Origin: an uncultured delta proteobacterium
GTDB lineage: Bacteria; Myxococcota_A; Polyangia; Polyangiales; Polyangiaceae
NCBI GenBank assembly: GCA_963806225.1
Contig: CAWDXG010000004.1
Location: 3,360,001 to 3,424,000 of the forward strand
Direction of reading: 5' to 3'
DNA: 64,000 bases
Positions within the stretch are counted from its first letter, which is position 1, and each line of letters opens with the position of its first letter. The notes below the pieces were generated by a model. It was not told where the DNA came from and did not search any database. It saw nothing but the letters and a program-made list of their open reading frames with translations. This document shows, one piece after another, positions 31,925 through 40,717 of the stretch. Made by a program: the position numbers and the translations under genes.

Positions 31925-32112
31925 TCACCTGGGAGTGAGGTTCTGACCTCGACGCGAGTTCGGCGAGGACGAGCCGGATGACGCGTAGCTATCCCGTCCT
32001 CCTTGCAAAAGGCATACTCCAGAACTTCCGGATCGGACGCCGCAAGCAGACCCCGATCTCGAATCCCACATGCGTCGATCCCGTCCTCCTTGCAGAGGCG
32101 GTCTGCTACCCA
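31925..32112 (-). pseudogene. Fragment of a DUF5615 PIN-like toxin
   Basis: WVADRLCKEDGIDACGIRDRGLLAASDPEVLEYAF, no start codon, internal 17-bp duplication. Confidence 0.7.
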
Positions 32113-32119
32113 CCGTCTC

Positions 32120-32494
32120 GACCGCACGGTTCCCGGCCGAGCCTTTCTGGAGGCGTGCCCCGAGGCCGTGCGGGCAAAGATGGTGGCCGTGCTCCAGGCG
32201 GTGGCTGCAGCACCCCCACCGTCGTTCAGCGGCGGCGGGTACTGGGAAGCCATGCACGACGACATGAAGGGTTGGTACGAGGTCCGTGTCGATGGGCCAG
32301 ACCGGCACCACTACCGCCTGTTCTGCTTGCTCGAACGAAACGGAGCGACGCTCGGGCTCGGCGGACCGAGCATCGTGATCATCGCCGGCAAGGATAAGCC
32401 GTTCAGGACGAAGCTCTCGCCGGCCGACTACGCCGAGGTCCGGGCGCTCGGCGACGAGTACCGCTCGCGGACACCGAGGAGCGTGGAGACGTAG
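32120..32494 (+). pseudogene. RelE/Gp49-like toxin, probably N-terminally truncated
   Basis: PGRAFLEACP..WEAMHDDMKGWYEVRVDGPDRHHYRLFCLL; 5' end abuts the DUF5615 fragment. Confidence 0.6.
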
Positions 32495-32495
32495 C

Positions 32496-32855
32496 CTACG
32501 CAGCGGTGCTGCCGGCGGCGCCCGTGCGCTTGTCCTTGGTCGATCCTTTCGGAGTTGCAGGGACAAGCTCGACCTTGAGGTCGAGCGCCGCCGCCAACTT
32601 GACGACGGTGGCCATCGTGGGGTTTGCCCCTTCGTCCGTGAAGAGCCGGCGGACAATCTCGGGCTTGGCCGAGATGCGCCTTGCAAGCTCGGCCTTGCTC
32701 ATGCCGAGTTCCAGCCGTGCCGCGTCGAGCCTCCGGACGATCCTGTCCACGGCGTCGATCTCGCGCTTGGCTTTCCGGTGTTCAGCGGCGAACCCCGCGT
32801 CCTTCATCTGCGCATCGACGAACTTGTCGAATCCGGTCTTCCGTCTCTTGGGCAT
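32496..32855 (-). CDS. XRE-family HTH antitoxin (HigA-like)
   Basis: ARLELGMSKAELARRI..NPTMATVVKLAAALD. Confidence 0.85.
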   Translation of the reverse strand: MPKRRKTGFDKFVDAQMKDAGFAAEHRKAKREIDAVDRIVRRLDAARLELGMSKAELARRISAKPEIVRRLFTDEGANPTMATVVKLAAALDLKVELVPATPKGSTKDKRTGAAGSTAA

Positions 32856-32875
32856 CGCTTTGTCTCACTGCTGAT

Positions 32876-32903
32876 AGCGTAACACACAAGTTACGCTTGG
32901 CAA
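32876..32903 (-). promoter_or_regulatory. Putative sigma-70 promoter with an overlapping palindromic operator
   Basis: Minus strand TTGCCA-N16-TACGCT; palindrome AGCGTAAC-N6-GTTACGCT at 32876-32897. Confidence 0.55.
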
Positions 32904-32928
32904 GCGATACGGTTTGGAAGCGGCGACC

Positions 32929-33243
32929 CTACCGAAATAGCTTGGAGAGCGCCGAGCGGCGCACGGCGACGAAGGCGGTCCCTTCCGGCTTGGCGGTCGG
33001 CAGCAGGAAGGCCCCCCGGTCGAGCTTCTTCGTGAGGGTCTGATCGCCGTCGTCGGAAACGACGTAGAGCAGGAGCGTGTCCTGCTTCTTGTTGGTGAAC
33101 AGGAACGCCGTGTCGGGTCGAGGTTCGATGCCAAGCATGTGGGCGCAAAAGGAGCGGAGCTTCGTCACTCCCCACCGCATGCTGATCGGCTTGGGGTAGA
33201 CGAGCACCGTCTTGATCTGCGGCGGGATGAGATGGTCGAGCAC
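32929..33243 (-). CDS. Solo IS66-family accessory protein TnpB (Orf2-like)
   Basis: VYPKPISMRWGVTKL..AFLFTNKKQDTLLL..KKLDRGAF; GAGGTG RBS. Confidence 0.75.
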   Translation of the reverse strand: MLDHLIPPQIKTVLVYPKPISMRWGVTKLRSFCAHMLGIEPRPDTAFLFTNKKQDTLLLYVVSDDGDQTLTKKLDRGAFLLPTAKPEGTAFVAVRRSALSKLFR

Positions 33244-33334
33244 GGTCACCTCACGGACGGACAGCAGCCTCGGGCGGTCCCGTAGTTCCGTCCGTCTAGC
33301 ACAGCTCGCCCGAACCGGATGGCAACGAATCCAG

Positions 33335-33386
33335 TGCACGAGAGAGGACTCGAACCCCCACACCTTGCGGTACCGGAACCTAAATC
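33335..33386 (-). repeat. Duplicated 3' half of tRNA-Leu (att site)
   Basis: 52-nt match to 35821-35872 with one mismatch, starting at the anticodon arm. Confidence 0.92.
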
Positions 33387-33513
33387 GGCTGCGCTCGTCG
33401 CGAATGAACCGAGTTGATCCGGGGTGTTACGAGGCGGCGATCAGCGTCGTTGGGGTTCGTTCGCGTCAGTGCCGACGATTCGCCGACGATTGGAGGGGGT
33501 CACTTGGTGGCGG

Positions 33514-34330
33514 CTATCCCGAACCACCCGCACCATCAACACTGGCATCGTCCGAGCTGCCATCGATGCTTGCGTCGCCAACCGAAGCGTCGGTTCCAGC
33601 ATCCTGGTACTCGCAGCAGTCCTTGGAAGCCTTCCAGACGCTCGCACCCGCTCCAAGGTTGTAGTTCGTCCAGTAGACGTAGTCGGCGTCCAACGCCAGC
33701 ATGTAGGGCTGCGGTTGTCCCGAAGCGATCGTGCATGTCGCACCTCCCGTCTTCGAGACGGACTTGATCTCGCCGCTCTCGTTGGCGAAGTACACGCGGG
33801 CGCTATCTATCGCGAGCCCGAACTCGATGGGATCGGGGGCGAGGTTGACAGGGGTCCCGCCTGTCAGCGGAATCATTATCAAACCCTGTTCCGGTTGCTT
33901 GAAGTCTCCCCAGTAGATGCCGCTGGCGTCCGCCGCGACAGCACCCGGTCCTCCCTGGTTTGCTGCAACCACAGACGGAGTCCCGCCGGTGGCCGGCACT
34001 TGCATGATGCTCCCGTTTTCGCCAGGCGCACCCTGGTTGCCCCAGTACACAATGCCTTGGTAGACAGCGCTCCCTCTGCCGTTGGGCTGAGCATCGGCGA
34101 GAATCGTCGCAGTCCCTCCCACGAGGGGCGCGGACATTACGGGAGCGCCAAGGCCGTACACCGTGAAGAACACGGTCGTCGAGTCCAGAGCGAGGGCCCG
34201 AGGGCCGTCCACAGCCGCGACCGTCTCCATCGGGCCACCCGTCTTGGCAACGCGTTCGATGCTTCCTCCGGGTGAGAAGCCATTGCCCCAGTACACATGC
34301 GCGTCATCGAGTGCGATGAACTGCGGGTTC
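33514..34330 (-). pseudogene. 5'-truncated beta-propeller (xYWT-repeat) exported protein
   Basis: Repeats of IALDxxxVYW/VFF..I..V.KTGG; fused out of frame to the GrpB fragment. Confidence 0.7.
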
Positions 34331-34529
34331 GCTTGAAGAAGGCGTCCTTGGCAACCCGGTACGCAGCCATGTCGCCACCGTGGAATCGCCGCTTCAAAGC
34401 GTCGTACTCGCGTCGAAGATCGGGCTGCACCCGGAGCAGGTCACGCTGGCGGTGCTGGATGTCGCTCGGCCCACCGATGATCGTGACGTGCAGCCCGAGC
34501 GGCGGGTCGGTGCTGTCGTCCTTGAAGCT
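34330..34529 (-). pseudogene. GrpB-family nucleotidyltransferase C-terminal fragment
   Basis: LGLHV..RDLLRVQPDLRREYDALKRRF....YRVAKDAFF. Confidence 0.7.
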
Positions 34530-34637
34530 GCGTCCAGCTTCCGTGAAGCCCCCAGGTTCAGCGCGCCTTGTCGTTGATCCAGGTAGCCATGCCCCCCGGA
34601 GCCTACCTGACCTCGTAGCCGTCGGGAGGCGGCTCGC

Positions 34638-34917
34638 TCACGCCACACGCAGCAGCTTCACCCCGAGCGCCTTGGATGCCTTCGCGAGGGTGGCCAGCGT
34701 GACGCTGGTGTCGTGGGGGTCGAGCAGGCGGTGGACAACGGTGCGACTGGTGCGCATGGCTCGAGCCAGCTCGGCCTGGGACATGTTGCGGCGAGCCATG
34801 GCGCGCTCGATCTTGGCGGCGAGGAGCTTCTTCTGGGTCAACAGCTCGAACGTCCTCACGCTCGCCCAGCTCCTCGAACAGCGAGTCGAGGGTCAATCCG
34901 ATGTGCTTCTTGTTCAT
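34638..34917 (-). CDS. XRE-family HTH antitoxin, one frameshift near 34855
   Basis: MNKKHIGLTLDSLFEELG then SQAELARAMRTSR..RLLDPHDTSVTLATL. Confidence 0.8.
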
Positions 34918-34919
34918 GA

Positions 34920-35036
34920 CTACTCTGCCTCCTTCTGTTGTCGCCGGGCGAGGTCCAGATCGGGCTTCGGTGTCTTCTGGCTCTTCTTCTGGAAGCCGTG
35001 GAGCAGCACCATCGCCGGGCCTTCCAGACAGAACAG
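34920..35036 (-). pseudogene. C-terminal fragment of a Gp49/RelE-like toxin
   Basis: LFCLEGPAMVLLHGFQKKSQKTPKPDLDLARR. Confidence 0.8.
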
Positions 35037-35037
35037 C

Positions 35038-35109
35038 CCCGTCCTCCCTGCAAAGACGGTCCGCTACCCACGGGGAGATGTTCTCATCGAGCAGGAGCTT
35101 GACGTTCAC
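35038..35109 (-). pseudogene. N-terminal fragment of a DUF5615 PIN-like toxin
   Basis: MNVKLLLDENISPWVADRLCREDG, overlapping the 3' end of the DUF433 gene. Confidence 0.8.
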
Positions 35110-35641
35110 GAGGCCGTCCCATCTTGGGGTACGCCAGCGTGTACAATCTAGCGAACTCGATGTCCCGCTCCTTGAGGTACGGGTAGTCCTCCTTCAGTTC
35201 GGCGACCGGAACACCCTTGATCACCTGCTTGCCGATGTTCCTCACGGCGAGGCGGCTCTTCGGGAAGACCGGCTCACCTCCGAGAATATCGTCGGAGGTC
35301 ACTAGCTTGGCTTTCCACGCCTCGAAATGTTCGAGACGGTCAGCGATGTCCTTGGCAACACGGGCAAGCTTGAGATCGAGCACCGGGCTCACCTCGACGC
35401 GTGCCGGGGGCTTCTTCCCTTTCATCGCCCGGGCGATGACCTCGTGAAGCTTCCGGCGGTCCTCCACCCCGAGCTGCAGCCCGAGCAGGGCCAGAGCGCC
35501 GAAGTACACGGCGTCGGTGAAACTGAACCGAGGCGGGCTGCCGGTCCCGGCAAGGCCGTGTTCGACCTCCTTCCGCACCCGGTTCGCGTCGAGGCCAACC
35601 AGGGAGACGATCTCGTTCGTGCTCAGTGTTGCAGCGGACAT
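35084..35641 (-). CDS. DUF433-domain antitoxin
   Basis: DILGGEPVFPKSRLAV..EDYPYL..DIEFA. Confidence 0.88.
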   Translation of the reverse strand: MSAATLSTNEIVSLVGLDANRVRKEVEHGLAGTGSPPRFSFTDAVYFGALALLGLQLGVEDRRKLHEVIARAMKGKKPPARVEVSPVLDLKLARVAKDIADRLEHFEAWKAKLVTSDDILGGEPVFPKSRLAVRNIGKQVIKGVPVAELKEDYPYLKERDIEFARLYTLAYPKMGRPRERQAPAR

Positions 35642-35820
35642 AACTATTCCCTATTCAGGGAACACTATAGGACCCGAGGTCCGGATGCGCAACGGCGCGA
35701 ATCCCGCCGCAATCGACCTCGGACCCCTCGACTCCAACGCTGTCAATCGTCGGCGGGACGACGAAGGCGACGCTTCATCGCCAGCCTTCGTCACCCCGAT
35801 AGCTCACGATTCCACCGCGG

Positions 35821-35902
35821 TGCACGAGAGAGGACTCGAACCTCCACACCTTGCGGTACCGGAACCTAAATCCGGCGCGTCTGCCAGTTCCGCCACTCGT
35901 GC
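35821..35902 (-). tRNA. tRNA-Leu(TAG), CCA not encoded
   Basis: GCACGAG acceptor stem, GGAACTGGCAGAC D arm, CCGGA-TTTAGGT-TCCGG anticodon arm, long variable arm, GGTTCGAGTCC. Confidence 0.96.
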
Positions 35903-36045
35903 GTGATCCGGCGCGGGCCGGACCGGGTGCGGAGGAATAGCGCAGCGTGCGGCTGGTCGTCCAGAAACGCCTGTGCGTCGAGCAACCGACGCTTCCGACT
36001 CGCCATCAGCGACGATCCCCGCGCTCCACCAGCGGCGCGGCTACT

Positions 36046-36137
36046 TTTCGACGCCGTCAGCCACCCGGGAGGGCGGAAATGCACGCCTCACCTGCATTTC
36101 GACGCCGTCGGCGGTCCGGGAAGGCGGAAATGCACGC
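36046..36137. repeat. Two diverged copies of the 51-bp repeat family, reverse orientation
   Basis: TGCATTTCGACGCCGTCGGCGGTCCGGGAAGGCGGAAATGCACGC closely matches the reverse complement of the array unit. Confidence 0.85.
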
Positions 36138-36180
36138 GTCGCGCCCGTCGCGTCCGCCGCGCCCGTCGCGCCCCCGTCGG

Positions 36181-37388
36181 TCAGTGCTTCTTGTAGCCGC
36201 GCGGCGAGTGCCAGCGGCGGCGGATGTGGACCTTGAGGATGTCGTGATAGAGGCCGACGTGGGCGCAGTGGTCCATCTTGTCGTTGCCGGCGTAGCCGCG
36301 GACGTGGAAGTTGCCGCGGTCGTAGCGGCCGATGAGGTCCATGCCCATCGGGTCGCCGTGGCGCGGGTGCGCGCGGTGGAAGTGGCCGCCCACCTCGCGG
36401 ATGAGGAAGTGCGCCGTCTCCGTCGTCGAGGCGTAGCCCGGCGGGATGATCGACGAGTGGCTGACGAACATGTACTTCTTGCCGCGCGCCGCCAGCTTCG
36501 CGAAGTCGATGAACGGCTGGATCTGCGAGTGCGTCCAGCGACTTGCCGATGTAGCCGCAGTGCAGCCCGTCGAGCAGCACCACCGTGTCGACGAGCTTCT
36601 TCGCGTAGTGCTGCTGCAGGATCTCGCCGACCGCGCCGTAGCCCGCGCTCCAGCGCGGAAATCCCGACATGACGCACGTGCGCGTTCTTCTTGCCGGTCT
36701 TCTTCGCCATCGCCTTCTCGATGCTCTCGACCAGCCGCTTGAACGTGTCGGGCCCCGCGAAGGCGTGCGAGTAGGGCCCGGAACCGATGCCCAGGTCGAT
36801 GCCGACCAGCACCGCCCCGTGCATCACCTGCACCCACTCCTTGCGCACCGCCTCGTGCCCGTGGAAGTGGAACATCACGTCGAAGGCGCCGCCCTTCGTG
36901 ATGCCGCCGCGCTCGGGCAGCGATGCATCTGCCCCATCGATACCGAGCGGTCCCAATGCGAGTACACGCCGTAGCCCGGGTCCGGCGTGTTGCACGGGAT
37001 TGACGCCGCGCTCCTTCGCGCTCTTCTGCACCTGCGTCCACGGCGGCGGCTTGGCGATGACCGAGCCGGAGCGCTTGCGCCCCACGCCGTCGGCCAGCTT
37101 GGCGTTGGCGCGGCGAGGGCTCGAGCTCTTCTTCTTCCAGCCCTTCGAAGGGATGATGAGCTTCTGCCCGATGCGGATCGGCTTGCCCTTCTCGAGGCCG
37201 TTGATCTCGCGGAGCGCGTCCACGCTCACGTGGTAGGCGTGCGCGATCGACCACAGCGAGTTGCCGGCCGCCACGGTGTGCGTCCTGCCGGCCGCCGCAA
37301 CGGGCGCGCCGATCAGTGCACCGAGGGTGACCACGAAAGCCGCAAGCAAGAGCGCCCGCAGCCGTGTTCCTGCTGCGTAGGACCTCAT
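36181..37388 (-). CDS. LysM-domain protein with a C-terminal alpha/beta-hydrolase-like domain; several frameshifts
   Basis: Signal peptide; HTVAAGNSLWSIA..INGL..IGQKLIIP; FHFHG; WSAGYGAV; VVLLDGLH. Confidence 0.75.
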
Positions 37389-37549
37389 CGGAGACGGGCC
37401 CCAAGGTGCTCCCTTGCCCAGGATCTTTCAACATAACGGCGGCGATTTCCCGGGTACACCGGGCGCAAGTGCCCGAAAACAGCCCGGACTTGCCTCGATC
37501 GCCGTCGAGCTTGACCGGCTGCCGAGCGGGCCCCCAAAGTTACGCGCCG

Positions 37550-38438
37550 ATGCGCAGCTACCCCCTCGTCGCGTTGTTCGTCTCGTCCCTCGCGGTCGTC
37601 CTGCGGAGGCAGCACGCCGCCTCCCGCCCAGCCCGAACCGCCGCCGCCCGCGCCCGCTGTCGAGCCACCCGTCACGCCACCCGCCGCCCAGAGCGCGCCG
37701 TCCGCCGGCGGCGACAACGGCGGCGAAGGCTGCCCGGCGGGCATGATCGCCATCGACTCGGGCACGCTGTGGATGGGTTCGCTCGCAGGCAAGGGCCACC
37801 CCGACGAGCGCCCGCAGCACCAGGTCGAGGTGCAGGAACTACTGCCTGGACAAGGACGAGGTCAGCGGTCGCCGAGTTCAAGAAGTGCGTGGACAACGAG
37901 ATCTGCGATCCGCTGCCCAAAGACGTGCAGCTGCTCGAGCCGATCAAGAAGGCGAAGCAGAAGCAGCTCAGCCGCTACTGCACCGGCGGCATGAAGGACA
38001 GCTCCGACCTGCCTGCCAACTGCATCGGCCACGACGAGGCCAAGAAGTACTGCGACTGGAAGGGCCTGCGCCTCCCGACGGAAATCGGAGTGGGAGTTCG
38101 CGGCGACCAGCGGCGACGACAAGCTCGACTACCCCTGGGGTTCCGCCAAACCGGATGACGACCTCTTGTGCTGGAAGAAGAAGGACGGCCCCTGCAAGGT
38201 CGGCTCGAAGAAGCCCGGCGCTTTCGGCGTGGACGACCTGGAGGGCAACCTGCGCGAGTGGACCTCGTCGACCTACGGCCCGTACCCGGCACCGCCCGAC
38301 TCGGGTGACAAGCTCGTCGTGCGCGGCTCGAGCTGGCAGACGACCAAGCCCGACGACGTGCGTCCCCAGCGTCGCTTTGCCGAGAGCCCGCTCTACCGCA
38401 ACGTCGACCTCGGCTTCCGCTGCGCGAAAGACCGATAG
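37550..38438 (+). CDS. Formylglycine-generating-enzyme (SUMF1) family protein; several frameshifts
   Basis: CPAGM..MGS..DERPQH; AKKYCDWKGLRLPTE; YPWG; FGVDDLEGNLREW; LGFRCA. Confidence 0.85.
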
Positions 38439-38545
38439 CGCGCGGGCGGCCCACGCGCTGCAAGCGTGTGGGTTGGGGGGTCCTGGCAGCCACTGCACCC
38501 AGAGCGACGACGCGACACCGCCAGCTCTTCGATTCCCTGTGACGC

Positions 38546-39769
38546 TCAGGCCGCGCGCTTCTTCTTGGCGCGCTTCTTCTTCGCGCCTCTGGGCTTGGCG
38601 TCGGCGCCGCTTCCCGACGCAGCGCGGCCGCCGAGCGGCTCCTGCTGCGTGCTGCAGTGGAGGGTGCCGAGTCCGAGCACGAGATCCATGGCGTGGATGC
38701 CGACCACGCGCCGCTTCGGGAACAGCTCGGCGAGGATGCCGAGCGCGACCCGGTCGAGCGGGTCGTTGAAGGTGGGCACCAGCACAGCTGTCGTTGGCGA
38801 TGTAGAAGTTGGCGTAGCTGGCCGGCAGGCGCTCGCCCGCGAACATGACCGGGCGCGGGCATCGGCAGCCCGATCACGTCGAGGCGCCGCCCGCGCACGT
38901 CACGTTCGCCCTCGAGCCGCTCGCGCGCCTCGGCCAGCGGACGGTAGTTCGCGTCCCTTGCGTTCCGCTCCTCGCACACCACCACGCGCCCCGGCCCCAC
39001 GAAACGCGCGAAGTCGTCGATGTGCCCGGCCGTGTCGTCGCCGGCGATGCCGTGACCGAGCCAGAGCACCTTCTTCACGCCCAGGTAGTCACCGAGCACC
39101 TTCTCGGTGCCCTCGCGACCCAGAGCGCGGTTTCTCGCCTGGCGGCCGCTCAGCAGGCATTCCTCCGTGCAGAGCAGCGTGCCGAGCCCGTCCACGTCGA
39201 TGGCGCCGCCCTCGAGCACCACGCGCTGGCGCCGTCCGTCCACATTCGCTTCCGGGTGGAAGGCGCGCAGGCCGAGCCGCTTGGGGAGCCGCTCGCCGGC
39301 GGCGTCGTCGTTCTTGTGGTTTTCGTAGCGGGCCCAGCCGTTGAAGCGCCACTTGACCGCCGCGAGCTCGTCGGCCGCGTGCTTGCCGCGGCGCGCGCCG
39401 GGTTCGCTGCGCGTGACGACCAGCGGCAGGAAGTCGCGCGTCCAGGAGCGGTCGGTGGCCGCAGGGTAGAAGTCGATCTGCGACGAGATCCACGCCCGCG
39501 CTCGACAGCACGCGCTCCGCGCGCCGTTGCCCGAGCTCGCCCTGCACCAGGATGCGGACGCGCTCGCCGCCGATGAGCGCCCGCGCCATCTCGGAGAACA
39601 CCCAGGGGATCGCCCCGAACTTCCCCGGCCAGTCTCGCGCGTTGTGCGGCCACGCCAGCCACGTCGCAGCGTGCGGCTCCCACTCGGCGGGCATGCGATA
39701 GCCGAGCGCGGCCGGCGTCTCGACGACGTTGCGCGCGCCATTCCTGCCGCGCGCCTTCTTCGCAGCCAT
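38546..39769 (-). CDS. aguA: Agmatine deiminase; several frameshifts
   Basis: [49 protein letters not shown]. Confidence 0.9.
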
Positions 39770-40659
39770 CAGTCGTCGTCCCCGTCGAGCAGGCGCGACG
39801 TGAGGCCGCCGTAGGCGTCGATGCGGCGGTCGCGGAAGAACGGCCAGCCGCGGCGTACTTCTTCCTGCTTCGACAGATCGCACTCGACCACGAGCGTCTC
39901 CTCGCCCTGGCCGGCCTCGGCGATCACGCTGCCGAACGGATCGCACACGAACGAGTGGCCCCAGAACTCGATGCCCCCGTCGGCCGCGCCCTCGTGCCCG
40001 ACGCGGTTCACCGCGCACACGAACACGCCGTTGGCGATGGCGTGGCTCTTCTGCATCGTCTGCCAGGCGGCGAGCTGCGCGTCGCCGTACTCCGCCTTCT
40101 CGCCCGGGTGCCAGCCAATGGCCGTCGGGTAGAACAGGATCTCCGCACCGCGGAGCGCCGTCAGCCGCGCGGCCTCCGGGTACCACTGGTCCCAGCACAC
40201 CAGCGGCCCCACCTTCGCACGCGGCGTCTCGACCGCGACGAAGCCGAGGTCGCCCGGCGTGAAGTAGAACTTCTCGTAGTAGAGCGGGTCGTCGGGAATG
40301 TGCATCTTGCGGTAGACGCCCAGCCGCCCGCCGTCCGGCCCCAGCACGACCGCCGTGTTGTGGTAGAGCCCGGCCGCGCGCTTCTCGAACACGCTCGTGA
40401 GCACCGTCACGCCGTGCTGCTTCGCCGCCGCGGCCACCGCCTGCACCGTCGGCCCGTCCAGCGGCTCGGCCAGGTCGAACAGCTCCTGGTCTTCCACCTG
40501 GCAGAAATACGGCGAAGCAAACAGCTCCTCGAGGCACACCAGCTCGGCCCCGCGCGACGCCACCTCGCCGATACGCGCCAGCGCCTTTTCCACGTTCTTC
40601 GACTTGTCGTCGACCGTGGACATCTGGATCAGCCCGACCTTCACCGTGTGCTTCGCCAT
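39769..40659 (-). CDS. aguB: N-carbamoylputrescine amidase (carbon-nitrogen hydrolase)
   Basis: EELF, YRKMHIPDDP.YYEKFYFTPGD, VCWDQWYPE, YPTAIGW; adjacent to aguA. Confidence 0.9.
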   Translation of the reverse strand: MAKHTVKVGLIQMSTVDDKSKNVEKALARIGEVASRGAELVCLEELFASPYFCQVEDQELFDLAEPLDGPTVQAVAAAAKQHGVTVLTSVFEKRAAGLYHNTAVVLGPDGGRLGVYRKMHIPDDPLYYEKFYFTPGDLGFVAVETPRAKVGPLVCWDQWYPEAARLTALRGAEILFYPTAIGWHPGEKAEYGDAQLAAWQTMQKSHAIANGVFVCAVNRVGHEGAADGGIEFWGHSFVCDPFGSVIAEAGQGEETLVVECDLSKQEEVRRGWPFFRDRRIDAYGGLTSRLLDGDDD

Positions 40660-40717
40660 GGGGGCGGCGAAGATAGCGGGGAGCACGGCACGGCGCTACC
40701 GGATCTGGACGAGCGCT

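Larger units (their letters stand above)
33335..35872. mobile_element. Decayed integrative element in tRNA-Leu, no integrase
   Basis: Flanking direct repeats of the tRNA 3' half; cargo of TA genes and gene fragments; more A/T at codon third positions than the flanks. Confidence 0.75.

Noticed and set aside
32929..33243. RNA-guided TnpB/Cas12-like nuclease
   Set aside because: About 104 aa with IS66 Orf2 motifs; no RuvC or zinc finger
33335..33386. Second tRNA-Leu gene
   Set aside because: Lacks the 5' acceptor strand and D arm; it is an att duplication
36136..36180. Short GCGCCCGTC-like 9-bp repeats
   Set aside because: Degenerate, low complexity, no evident function
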